In this document: positions 41,389 to 49,259 of the stretch, one piece after another
Layout: each line of letters starts with the position of its first letter
Numbering within the stretch: position 1 is the first letter of the stretch
Source: Clostridiaceae bacterium
Lineage (GTDB): Bacteria > Bacillota > Clostridia > Acetivibrionales > DTU013
Direction: 5' to 3'
Assembly: GCA_012730015.1 (NCBI GenBank)
Contig: JAAYBT010000089.1
Coordinates: 1-49,259, forward strand
DNA: 49,259 nt
The notes under the pieces: generated by a model
What the model saw: only the letters and a program-made list of their open reading frames with translations
What the model was told of the DNA's origin: nothing
Database searches by the model: none
Program-made: the position numbers and the translations under genes

Positions 41389-42153
41389 TCAAGCCGTATT
41401 TTCGTTTCTGTATTCTGTTGGGCTTTTCCCAACCTCCTGCGTAAATTTCACAACAAAATAACTGCTTTCTAGAAAACCTACCTGGCTTGCTATCTCATAG
41501 ATCAGCTTGTCAGTCTGGAGCAGAAGCCTTTTTGCTTCATCAATTCGGAGTTGATTTACATATTCATTAAAAGAAACTCCTACTGTCTTCTGAAAAGTTC
41601 TACCCAAGTATGATGCATTGACGAAAAACTTCTTAGCTACCTTTTTCAAATTGATCTGCTCAGAGTAATGTAAACGAATATATTCAATAGCCTCCGCGCA
41701 AACGCCCGAGGCTGATATGTTGTCGGTCTGTTCAATCATTTCGCGCGGATCGCGCCTGTCCCTTTCATTCTGAGAATTATCCAATTCCTTGCATAGTTTA
41801 TCTAGAAAAGGCACTATTTCCTCTTCGTCAACCGGTTTGCTTATGTATGCCCTTACTCCGTATTTCATTGCTTCTTTTGCATACTCAAACTCATTGTAGC
41901 CTGAAAGCATTGCCACATTTATATTTGAATACTCACTATCCCTCAGCAGCTTCAGGAACTCCAGTCCATTCATAACGGGCATGCGCACATCTAGCAGTAT
42001 CAGATCAGGACAAATAGATGGAAGCTTTTCCATGGCCTGCTTTCCATTGGTTGCGGTGCCTTTAACAGTAAAGCCATGCTCTTCAAATGGTATTGCCTTT
42101 GGTAAATTCTCTCTGATGCTTTTCTCGTCATCCACCAACAGAATTGAGTACAT
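41389..42153 (-). CDS. Response regulator with an AraC-type HTH output (YesN-like)
   Basis: 'ILLVDDEKSIRE', 'LLDVRMPVMNG', and C-terminal AraC HTH 'LIYEIASQVGFLESSYFVVKFTQEVGKSPTEYR'. Confidence 0.9.
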   Translation of the reverse strand: MYSILLVDDEKSIRENLPKAIPFEEHGFTVKGTATNGKQAMEKLPSICPDLILLDVRMPVMNGLEFLKLLRDSEYSNINVAMLSGYNEFEYAKEAMKYGVRAYISKPVDEEEIVPFLDKLCKELDNSQNERDRRDPREMIEQTDNISASGVCAEAIEYIRLHYSEQINLKKVAKKFFVNASYLGRTFQKTVGVSFNEYVNQLRIDEAKRLLLQTDKLIYEIASQVGFLESSYFVVKFTQEVGKSPTEYRNENTA

Positions 42154-43945
42154 AGAACTCCTCCCTTGAATTTCGTACAGGAATTGTTATGCTAAATTCC
42201 GCTCCCTTCCCCAGTTCGCTTTTTATATCAAATGTGAACTCCTTACCATAATATAAAAGCAGTCGCTGATATACGTTGTATAACCCTACGCTTTCAATTG
42301 GCTTGCCAAGATTGTTTGGTATATCTTTAAGGCTGTAGAGTATATCCTCGCTTATACCTAATCCGTTATCACGGACACTGATTGCAATTTTGTCACCCTG
42401 AAGTACTGCATTAATTTCGACAAGCCTGCTTCCGGAAATCGATTCAACACCATGGACACAGGCGTTTTCTACCAAGGGCTGGATTGCAAATTTAGGTAAC
42501 ATGCAATTAAGAGCTCTTTTGTCAACATGAACGGCATACTCAAACTCATCATCAAACCTGTATTTTTGAATGGATAAATACTCTTCCAGAAATTCTATTT
42601 CCCTTTTTAATGTTATTATGTCATCATTCCAGTTAATGACTCTCCTAAACATGCGTGACATGAACAGTATCATTTTTGCAGTCTCTGTTTCATTCTTAAC
42701 AATAGCCTTCAGCCTGATACTCTCCAATGCATTATACAAAAAGTGCGGATTTACCTGACTCTGAAGCGCTAATAACCTTGCCTCCGCCGTCTCCTGCTCC
42801 AGCCGCGCTTTCAGGATTTGAGAGTTGTACTTCTCATCAATCAGGGCTTTAAGCTTGATACTCATTTGGTTAATACTGTCAGCCAGTACTTCTATTTCAT
42901 CATTACCGCCCATGTTTTTATATGTCTGTACGAAATTTCCCATTGCAATCTGTTTGGATTGGTTAACAACCTGCTTCGTCCTCTTAGTTATGTTGCTTGC
43001 TATAAGGAGAATAGAGAAAAGCGAAATCATTATACTGGTTATAATAATATACACCGTCCTCCATCTCATTTTTGCAAACTCATCTGAAATAATTTTAGAA
43101 TCATAGTAGCCATAAAGCGATAATGGCACATCTGCAAGAGTTTGTTTAAGGACGACTATTCCCTCTTTGAGATCCTCTTCAGAGAATATATCGTATTCGC
43201 CAAATTCACTATAAGTGTTTGCTGAGGCTATGATACGGTTATCGGAGTCTACCAGTACAATATTATCAAACATTCCCAGTTCTTCAAGCATGGAGGAAAT
43301 ATTCGATATATCGACATCTATCCTCAGTATCTTACTGTATGCAGCATACTGCGCATACTTATCTAATGGCCTAACAACGCTAAGGCTTCTGTCGTATGAT
43401 GATTTAATTACAGGCGGAGCCAAAGATATACGAAGCTTAAGACCATTCTCTGTTCTGGAAAGATCATATAAGTCGAAGTCAAGAAGCTCTTCTCCAAGAG
43501 AAACAGATTCATCCGGATCGATTTTACTAACTATGGCTCCATCCAATACCGTAGGATTTTCGGTATAAAGACTAATCTTTCTCACGTTCCTGTTATAGGC
43601 AAGGTCCGAATCCATCATTGCTTTGATTCGTTCCTGATACTCAACTATATAACTATACTCCTCAGAATAGTAGTTATCCAAAAATCTATATACTTCCTCA
43701 TCTGCATTATACCTATGTGACAGCGTAACCACACTGGATATCACTCCATTGATTTTATTAGTCTTTTCATCAAGTGAACTAGCCAAGCGTTGCATCATCT
43801 GTGTCTGTATATTCTTCACAGTATCACTGTAGTAGAAAGCAATTTGAATGGTCAAAGGTACAATAACAGAACCTATGAAAATCAGGACCATTTTCTGCGA
43901 AATTGTTAGATAATTTAGCAAGTTACCTTTCCTTACCTTGCTCAC
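42128..43945 (-). CDS. Sensor histidine kinase, YesM/LytS-type (His_kinase + HATPase)
   Basis: 605 aa with a GTG start and AAAGGAGA 8 nt upstream. Two TM segments around a sensor domain of about 270 aa, then HAMP. The 'LQSQVNPHFLYNALESI' H-box is typical of the YesM family. Confidence 0.85.
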   Translation of the reverse strand: MSKVRKGNLLNYLTISQKMVLIFIGSVIVPLTIQIAFYYSDTVKNIQTQMMQRLASSLDEKTNKINGVISSVVTLSHRYNADEEVYRFLDNYYSEEYSYIVEYQERIKAMMDSDLAYNRNVRKISLYTENPTVLDGAIVSKIDPDESVSLGEELLDFDLYDLSRTENGLKLRISLAPPVIKSSYDRSLSVVRPLDKYAQYAAYSKILRIDVDISNISSMLEELGMFDNIVLVDSDNRIIASANTYSEFGEYDIFSEEDLKEGIVVLKQTLADVPLSLYGYYDSKIISDEFAKMRWRTVYIIITSIMISLFSILLIASNITKRTKQVVNQSKQIAMGNFVQTYKNMGGNDEIEVLADSINQMSIKLKALIDEKYNSQILKARLEQETAEARLLALQSQVNPHFLYNALESIRLKAIVKNETETAKMILFMSRMFRRVINWNDDIITLKREIEFLEEYLSIQKYRFDDEFEYAVHVDKRALNCMLPKFAIQPLVENACVHGVESISGSRLVEINAVLQGDKIAISVRDNGLGISEDILYSLKDIPNNLGKPIESVGLYNVYQRLLLYYGKEFTFDIKSELGKGAEFSITIPVRNSREEFYVLNSVGG

Positions 43946-44018
43946 AAAACCGGTCTCCTTTCTCGAATCTTGTCATTTCGCCATTCTGCCCAAAATTCCC
44001 CTCTGCTTCCTAGTTTTA

Positions 44019-44074
44019 GTAAATCGTTTTACCTATATATAAGAATTATATGTCTATATCTATACAAATGTCAA
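44019..44074 (-). promoter_or_regulatory. Promoter (TTGACA-18-TATAAT) plus LacI-type palindrome GTAAAACGATTTAC for the TCS/SBP/permease/esterase operon
   Basis: On the minus strand: -35 at 44074-44069, -10 at 44050-44045, and the operator at 44032-44019 (6 of 7 pairs around a central CG). Confidence 0.6.
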
Positions 44075-44240
44075 TGAAGCACAAAAATCGACTGTTCAAT
44101 TTTGTATCATTTCTTGGGTTTTTGCTCTATATTCGGCGACTATTTACTATTTATCATCCTCATCCTTTTGGGCATAATGAAGCAAGAAAGTTTTTTCGTA
44201 TATTTTGCTGCATCAGTATAACTTAACATTAATGCGCAGC

Positions 44241-44282
44241 TAGAAAACAGATGCTTAGTTATATGATTACATCTGTTTTCTA
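44241..44282. terminator. Intrinsic terminator after the LacI gene (13-bp perfect stem TAGAAAACAGATG n16 CATCTGTTTTCTA)
   Basis: Arms at 44241-44253 and 44270-44282. The outer part of the stem is an A-run paired with a T-run, so on either strand the CAGATG/CATCTG core is followed by TTTTCT. Confidence 0.65.
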
Positions 44283-44302
44283 ATTAATGATACCTCTGCG
44301 GG

Positions 44303-45352
44303 TCATCTGTTTTGCCCGATTTTCTTGACGGAATTGCGCTCGATCAACCTGCACGGCGCCTTGACAATCTTCTGTTTTGCATTATCACTGTCTTGTGTCA
44401 GAGAATCAATCATGATTTCTGCCGATTTTCTGCCGATTCCAACAAGGGGTATTCCATTTGTAGTAAGGCCAGGCTTTAGATACTGAGAAATCTCTTTATT
44501 GTCATATCCGACAACAGAAATATCCTCTCCTGCCTTCATATTATGTTCTTCCAGATAATCATAAACACCTGCTGCCATATTGTCATTCATGCAAAAGATA
44601 GCAGTAACTCCCTCATTGACCAGCTTATCTGCTTGCTGGTAGCCAGATTCTCTTTCCCAGTCGCCATATCTGATCCAGTCAGGATTATATAGAATTTGAT
44701 CTTCAAACAATGCTCTCTGATATCCCTCGCATCTTTTCTGTGTGTGCAAATTACCAGCAATTCCTGCTATTACACCAATTTTCCTGTGGCCCATTGAGAT
44801 AAGATACCGTGTGACATCATATCCGCCCTTCTCGTCATCTATCACGATGGAAGTGAATTTTGGTGATTTTGAGTATGCATATACTACCATAGCCGGCACG
44901 TCAAAATCGTCAGGAAAACAATTTATCACCCTGCCATGTCCTGCAACATACATCATCCCATCGACTTTTATAGAACGAAGCTCCTTAATGGCGGGATTCA
45001 GGACTGACTTTAACTTCTTGTCATCGTCATACCATGTATTCCTCCACCTGTCATATAAGCGCATGTTTATCAGGATTGTCCTGTAATTCATATCCTCACA
45101 GCAAGCCATAATTCCTTCAATAATAGGTGGTGAACTGAATTGGTTCAGATCTTCAGCCAGTATACCGATGACGTTTGTCTTTCGTTTTCTTATACCCTGC
45201 GCAAAATAGTTAGGTTGGTAGCCGGTCTGATTCACAACCTCCAGCACTCTAAGCTTAGTGGACTCACTAACATTCCGCTTGCCATTTAGTATGTTTGATA
45301 CAGTCGCTGATGAAACACCACACATTCGAGCAATCTGTTTTATCGTAATCAA
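44303..45352 (-). CDS. LacI-family transcriptional regulator
   Basis: 'ITIKQIARMCGVSSATVSNILNGKRNVSESTKLRVLEVVNQTGYQPN' followed by a periplasmic-binding-fold core. I prefer the TTG at 45352 (AAAGGAA 9 nt upstream), which gives the canonical M-x-TIK N-terminus. The track start at 45406 would add 18 residues. Confidence 0.85.
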   Translation of the reverse strand: MITIKQIARMCGVSSATVSNILNGKRNVSESTKLRVLEVVNQTGYQPNYFAQGIRKRKTNVIGILAEDLNQFSSPPIIEGIMACCEDMNYRTILINMRLYDRWRNTWYDDDKKLKSVLNPAIKELRSIKVDGMMYVAGHGRVINCFPDDFDVPAMVVYAYSKSPKFTSIVIDDEKGGYDVTRYLISMGHRKIGVIAGIAGNLHTQKRCEGYQRALFEDQILYNPDWIRYGDWERESGYQQADKLVNEGVTAIFCMNDNMAAGVYDYLEEHNMKAGEDISVVGYDNKEISQYLKPGLTTNGIPLVGIGRKSAEIMIDSLTQDSDNAKQKIVKAPCRLIERNSVKKIGQNR

Positions 45353-45398
45353 AATATGTAGTTCCTTTCTCAATTTTTTAACATATCCAAAAATGCTT

Positions 45399-45776
45399 CT
45401 ACTCATCCATAATAACTTTAATTGGGCCCATATTGCAAGAGGTGAAATACTGGCTTACTCTCATGGAACAAGCCACCCTTTCGCTAATTTCCGCATCTGT
45501 AAAATATGCCTTCGTAATACACCTTTTTCCCATGGTCTTTGCAGCAATGTGATCGAATTTCCGCCTTGTAAATCCGCCAAAACCAATAAATGCAATCTTA
45601 TATATATGTTCTTGAAATCGAGAAATGCTTTCAGATATTAGTCTCATAGTATGCTTATCCAAAACATTTTCGTCCACATTATACCATACTCTGAACCTGG
45701 CGTGCGAGGGCTTAGACAAAAATATTTCTTCAATTTTTGAAAGGGCTGTCTTGAAAGGGGAGATTTCCAGTGTCAA
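45399..45776 (-). CDS. Hypothetical cytoplasmic protein (125 aa, TTG start)
   Basis: This is the only long ORF in the interval and I recognise no motif in it. The start codon is TTG at 45776-45774. Confidence 0.4.
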   Translation of the reverse strand: MTLEISPFKTALSKIEEIFLSKPSHARFRVWYNVDENVLDKHTMRLISESISRFQEHIYKIAFIGFGGFTRRKFDHIAAKTMGKRCITKAYFTDAEISERVACSMRVSQYFTSCNMGPIKVIMDE

Positions 45777-45832
45777 TCACACCAGAGATCTCCCCCTTCA
45801 GCACAACTCTACTTGTTACAATCCATTGCTAT

Positions 45833-46333
45833 TTATTGTTGGATGTTATACAATCCCTTTGCCTGCATATACTGCGAAATTGCTTCGCCATGCTTTTGCT
45901 CTTCCTTTTGGATATGGTTCAATACGTCACGGACATTTGTATTGTTAAACTCAAAAATAGCTGCGTCGTAAGAGCCTGAGACATATTTTTCGGTTGTAAG
46001 CATATCTATGCACATGTCCCTGTCAGATGCCCCGGTCATACCTGCCTTTGCGCTGCTCATTCCTGAAGCATACGCATGATTCGAGCTCTGCCCCATACTC
46101 TGACTTTGCTGTTGACTCTGATCTTGGTTTAACTGCGGTATATGACCGCTTATCAATTGGTTAATAGTGCTTAAATGTTCACGTTCCACTTGCCCATTTG
46201 CATCGAATATTTGCTTCAATTGGCTGTCCTGAGCCTGAGCAGCATAGTTCGTATACTTGTTTATGCACACTTGCTCATGCGTTTTTTGGTCCTCCAGTAA
46301 TAACATTTCTTTTTGTGTAAAAGTTATCGCCAT
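45833..46333 (-). CDS. Spore coat protein F (CotF)-like
   Basis: Start MAITFTQKE at 46333 with GGAGGTG 7 nt upstream. Coat_F-like helices 'LLEDQKTHEQVCINKYTNYAAQAQDSQLKQIF' and 'LTTEKYVSGSYDAAIFEFNNTNVRDVLNHIQKEEQKHGEAISQYMQAKGLY', joined by a Gln/Ser-rich linker. The track extension to 46471 has no SD. Confidence 0.7.
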   Translation of the reverse strand: MAITFTQKEMLLLEDQKTHEQVCINKYTNYAAQAQDSQLKQIFDANGQVEREHLSTINQLISGHIPQLNQDQSQQQSQSMGQSSNHAYASGMSSAKAGMTGASDRDMCIDMLTTEKYVSGSYDAAIFEFNNTNVRDVLNHIQKEEQKHGEAISQYMQAKGLYNIQQ

Positions 46334-46581
46334 AATATACACCTCCAAGCATATTATGCGTTTGCTACCGCATGCTATGCACGTTTTTGCGGACTGCCTA
46401 TTTATCCCATAACATAGTATAGGCAATTGCAAGTAAGGGAATTGAGTAGGCGTTTGCACATAATTACACATAGACCCATCAATTTCATTAGGTTTGGAGC
46501 GTGTGGCATGTTATAATGTACGTTCCGTCAGTGTAGACCCCTGACATATAAACACAGCTTATTGGAATGGAGGGAAATGTG

Positions 46582-47412
46582 ATGACAAGAGTATTACTGT
46601 CTAAAATTAAAATAAAGAAAGTCCTTTTGTTCGGTTTAGCGCTAATAATGCTGATTATTGCATCCATTGCAGCCGACATTATGTCATTAGGTACGGCAAA
46701 GGTATACGCTGCAAGCGGCACGCAGCCATATATACGGTACCTTGTTCAGCGCGGCGACTCACTTTACAAAATATCCAGGATATACGGCACATCCATTAGT
46801 ACCATTAAGTCAAGAAATAACCTGCATTCGGATTTGATTCTAACAGGTCAGACATTGACCATACCGGTAGCCGCTAACAGATCACTATCTCAGATCATTA
46901 ATGCCAATGGATTAACAGAAGGCCAGCTGAGGTTGAATCTGGTGATTGATAAATCCGATAAGCTTTTGACTATTTACCAGAAAACAACTCCGTTGAAAGC
47001 ATACCATGTAGAGCTTGGTGACGGCGGAACGGGCGACAAGCAGATTGCAGGCGACCATAAAACACCGGAAGGTACATTTTATATCACACAAAAGCTGGTC
47101 TTAAGCCCGGCGGATGAGTACCTTGGATCACGTTGGATGAGGTTGAGCTATCCAAATATTGAGGACGCATCACGCGGCCTTTCCAATGGGCTGATCAATA
47201 AATCGACATATAACTCGATTTACGACGCTATCATCAATGGTAAAACACCTCCGCAGAACACAACGCTGGGCGGCGGCGTAGGTATTCATGGAGGCAGCAT
47301 TGATTCATTCGGATCCGACTGGACATGGGGCTGTACCGGACTTACCAATAGAGATGTAGAGGATTTCTATAAGTACATGTTCGTAGGAACCAAAGTCGTA
47401 ATACAAAAATAA
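46582..47412 (+). CDS. LysM-domain L,D-transpeptidase (YkuD family)
   Basis: TM/signal anchor. LysM 'YLVQRGDSLYKISRIYGTSISTIKSRNNLHSDLILTGQTLTIP'. YkuD catalytic region 'GIHGGSIDSFGSDWTWGCTGL'. I prefer ATG 46582 (GGAGGG 7 nt upstream). Confidence 0.8.
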   Translation: MTRVLLSKIKIKKVLLFGLALIMLIIASIAADIMSLGTAKVYAASGTQPYIRYLVQRGDSLYKISRIYGTSISTIKSRNNLHSDLILTGQTLTIPVAANRSLSQIINANGLTEGQLRLNLVIDKSDKLLTIYQKTTPLKAYHVELGDGGTGDKQIAGDHKTPEGTFYITQKLVLSPADEYLGSRWMRLSYPNIEDASRGLSNGLINKSTYNSIYDAIINGKTPPQNTTLGGGVGIHGGSIDSFGSDWTWGCTGLTNRDVEDFYKYMFVGTKVVIQK

Positions 47413-47423
47413 GGATCATTTTC

Positions 47424-47452
47424 AAAGGCTGCCTCACATCGGGGCAGCCTTT
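47424..47452. terminator. Bidirectional terminator between the convergent YkuD and CDF genes
   Basis: AAAGGCTGCC (47424-33) pairs with GGCAGCCTTT (47443-52). The A and T runs form part of the stem ends. Confidence 0.6.
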
Positions 47453-47511
47453 AGCAATTCACTGTCTTGCTTCTTCTATGGTCTTCATAGACAAATGGCG
47501 ATACTACTGCA

Positions 47512-48390
47512 CTAAACCCTTTCGTCATGAAATGGCTCAAGATGTGCAATCAACTGTACGTCCTTGCTCACTTCCTCTTGTATGCGTTCTTCGATACGGT
47601 GGATTAAGCTATGCGATTCCTCTATGCTTAGGCCTGGTTCTGTCATGATATGCATGTCAATGTATAAATCGCCCTCACTTCCTCGGCTTCTTATATTATG
47701 AATATCCTTTACCTGGTCGAAGCCAAGTGTGATCTTCCTGATCTCCCCAGTATCAACCACCGCCTTATCAACAAGCACACCACTGTTATCTCTAAAGATT
47801 TCATATGCTGCATAAATAATAAAGAAAGATATGATCAGAGAGGTAATGGAATCAATAACAGGCGGTAAACCCAGCCTCACACAAATCAAGCTTACCAGAA
47901 CACCTATTGATACAAAGATATCACTCCTCGTATGCATGGAATCAGACACAAGGATGAGGCTATTGAGCTTTTTCCCTTTTTTCAACTCAAAAGCACAAAC
48001 GAAAATATTGATAAATAGTGTTGCCAGTAATACAATAAGACTTTGCATGGTTATATCAGGTTTAACAGGATGAATAAACCTCTCGATTGCCTCTACGATA
48101 ATTTTACCGGCGATGAAAAAAAGCATTGCCGCGATGAAGAGCGCCGCAAGTGTCTCAAATTTGCGGTGGCCATAGGGATGCTCATCATCCACCGGTTTTG
48201 AAGCAAACCAGATTCCAATCAAGCCAACAATATTCGAGGTTCCGTCCGTAAGCGAATGAAATCCGTCAGCAGACATACCGGCACTTTTAATCATGGTCCC
48301 GATTACAATCTTCAAAGCCGCTACCGCCATGTTTGCAAATAAAATAATCCATAGAACCCGCCTGACCTTTACATAGTTTTCTGTTGCCAT
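47512..48390 (-). CDS. czcD: Cation diffusion facilitator (CDF) family divalent-metal efflux transporter
   Basis: 'HSLTDGTSNIVGL' (TM2 HxxxD), 'SDSMHTRSDIFVSIGVL' (TM5 HxxxD) and a C-terminal cytoplasmic domain. ATG 48390 is preferred over TTG 48399. The symbol is used in the generic family sense only. Confidence 0.8.
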   Translation of the reverse strand: MATENYVKVRRVLWIILFANMAVAALKIVIGTMIKSAGMSADGFHSLTDGTSNIVGLIGIWFASKPVDDEHPYGHRKFETLAALFIAAMLFFIAGKIIVEAIERFIHPVKPDITMQSLIVLLATLFINIFVCAFELKKGKKLNSLILVSDSMHTRSDIFVSIGVLVSLICVRLGLPPVIDSITSLIISFFIIYAAYEIFRDNSGVLVDKAVVDTGEIRKITLGFDQVKDIHNIRSRGSEGDLYIDMHIMTEPGLSIEESHSLIHRIEERIQEEVSKDVQLIAHLEPFHDERV

Positions 48391-48465
48391 AGAATCCAAT
48401 CCTTTCCATCAATTCCTTCTCCATTTATCGCCAGCCCGTAAAGGTCAGCGTCTTCCGAAGACACA

Positions 48466-48510
48466 GACAAAAATCCATGGGACAATCAATGTTAAAATTG
48501 TCCCATGGAT
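48466..48510 (-). terminator. Strong intrinsic terminator inside the 5' leader of the CDF gene
   Basis: On the minus strand ATCCATGGGACAA (48510-48498) n12 TTGTCCCATGGAT (48485-48473) is followed by TTTTT (48472-48468), about 75 nt upstream of the CDF start. Confidence 0.7.
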
Positions 48511-48575
48511 TCTGATCCACTGCCCCTGCTCGAGGCCCAGCCCCACATACACGGAGTGTATATCGCCTGCTCAAT
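48511..48575 (-). ncRNA. Candidate metal-sensing riboswitch aptamer (czcD/NiCo-like) upstream of the leader terminator
   Basis: A GC-rich island in an AT-rich spacer. The RNA reads ...GCAGGCGAUAUACACUCCGUGUAUGUGGGGCUGGGCCUCGAGCAGGGGCAGUGGAUCAGAAUCCAUGGGACAA. It has hairpin AUACAC/GUGUAU (48561-48547). An alternative hairpin UGGAU-caga-AUCCA (48519-48506) competes with the terminator 5' arm. G-rich blocks CUGGGC / GGGGCAG / GGGACA resemble my recollection of the czcD-motif consensus. Confidence 0.4.
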
Positions 48576-48652
48576 TTTATATACATTACATCATATGCCT
48601 ATATTCTCGAAGTTGATTATTAAATACGTAAAATCGAAGTCTCCCAAAAATC

Positions 48653-49259
48653 TTATTTAATCCTCATGCCTTCCTTTATGCTGTTATCCGGTTTTGAAAG
48701 AATCATTTCTCCTTCTTTCAGGCCACTGATAATCTCAATATAATCGTCACTTTCGATGCCTTTTTCCACGATCCTCAGACGTGTCTTACCATTCTCCACA
48801 ACAAATATGGTGCTTTTACCTTCATAGTCAAACACCGAGCTGTCAGGGACCATGAGTATATTCTTCCTGTTTGCCGTAATAATCTTCGCGTCCACGCTGA
48901 AGCCCGGCTTCAGCAGACTTGTATCACCATTGATCTCGATGGTAACAGGGACCCTGTTCTGACTCACGCCTAAAGTTGACATCTCTGCTTTTGCAGCTGG
49001 TGCTATTTTTGTGACTTTTCCCATCAAGATCTCGTCATCCAGCGGTTTCCCGCTAATTTCCACTTCGTCGCCTATCTGCACCTTGTTTATATCATCTGAC
49101 AGTACATTTGCTTCAATTTCCAGCCTGTCGGTATCTTCTATAATAAATGCAGCCATTTGCGGTACTGCCGGTATGTTTTCATCCACAAGCCTTTCTATAA
49201 TAGTACCGTCAGCTGGGGACCTGACCTCCTGTTTCTTGATACTGTTTACAATCGTATCC
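48653..49259 (-). CDS. HlyD-family membrane-fusion protein, C-terminal part; the gene start lies beyond the window end
   Basis: The frame stays open upstream of the track Met to the window edge (...DTIVNSIKKQEVRSPADGTIIERLVDENIPAV...). 'RSPADGTII' plus beta-barrel and C-terminal 'VEKGIESDDYIEIISGLKEGEMIL' are typical of HlyD_3/MFP. Confidence 0.75.
   Translation of the reverse strand, partial: DTIVNSIKKQEVRSPADGTIIERLVDENIPAVPQMAAFIIEDTDRLEIEANVLSDDINKVQIGDEVEISGKPLDDEILMGKVTKIAPAAKAEMSTLGVSQNRVPVTIEINGDTSLLKPGFSVDAKIITANRKNILMVPDSSVFDYEGKSTIFVVENGKTRLRIVEKGIESDDYIEIISGLKEGEMILSKPDNSIKEGMRIK

Noticed and set aside
45258-45948. Plus-strand ORFs 45258-45641, 45625-45948 and 45770-45979
   Set aside because: They are antisense to the LacI N-terminus, the hypothetical ORF and the CotF-like C-terminus. 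They are Cys/Phe/Leu-rich with AT-skewed composition and have no SD.
46334-46581. Possible sigma-K/sigma-E type sporulation promoter (CATA-n3-T-like strings) upstream of the cotF-like gene
   Set aside because: The CATAATATG and CATAGCATG matches are partial, and one lies too close to the SD to be a -10 element. A call cannot be made without a PWM scan or start-site data.
1-49259. Searches for CRISPR arrays, tRNA/rRNA genes, IS elements or transposases, integrases, prophage genes, toxin-antitoxin pairs and known defence-system signatures
   Set aside because: I saw no regularly spaced repeats of 25-40 nt, no cloverleaf-like or rRNA-like segments, and no ORFs with DDE, tyrosine- or serine-recombinase, nuclease or NTPase defence hallmarks. 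The only repeats found are the short regulatory and linker repeats listed in the features.

Overview
The 49.3-kb window looks like chromosomal DNA from a Gram-positive, spore-forming, motile, plant-glycan-degrading anaerobe of the Clostridia type. That placement is my inference from gene content: a CotF-like coat protein, SLH repeats, YesMN/LplABC-type systems, an MCP and strong GGAGG Shine-Dalgarno sites. I support about 38 protein genes. I found no rRNA, tRNA, CRISPR array, transposase, integrase or phage genes. Layout: (i) 1-2339, a minus-strand cell-wall operon with an FHA-SEDS fusion translationally coupled to a class-B PBP. (ii) 2591-3705, a coupled pair of miniature MotA/ExbB-like membrane proteins, the second carrying a LuxR HTH. 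(iii) 3929-8466, kdgK with a repeat-decorated tandem promoter, then a secreted SLH-anchored M16 peptidase. (iv) 8628-26464, ten co-directional minus-strand genes: GH51, two ABC permeases, an SBP, an MCP, a beta-helix (GH120-like) protein, GH127, GH31, a WD40-OmpA lipoprotein and GH39. (v) 26952-33918, a plus-strand module of MalFG-type permeases, an HlyD-like adaptor, an SBP and an OmpR/HK pair. (vi) 34148-45352, a minus-strand LacI regulator, a YesM/YesN-type two-component system (TCS), two tandem SBPs, two permeases and a type-B carboxylesterase. (vii) 45399-49259, a hypothetical protein, CotF-like, LysM-YkuD, a CDF transporter with a structured leader (candidate metal riboswitch) and a partial HlyD-like gene. 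The most unusual items are the importer-permease/HlyD/SBP/TCS module, the MotA-like/LuxR pair, a promoter-operator cassette duplicated 17.5 kb apart, an MCP and a WD40-OmpA lipoprotein inside the glycosidase operon, and several strong intercistronic RNA structures. All family calls come from motif recognition by eye; no database search was run.
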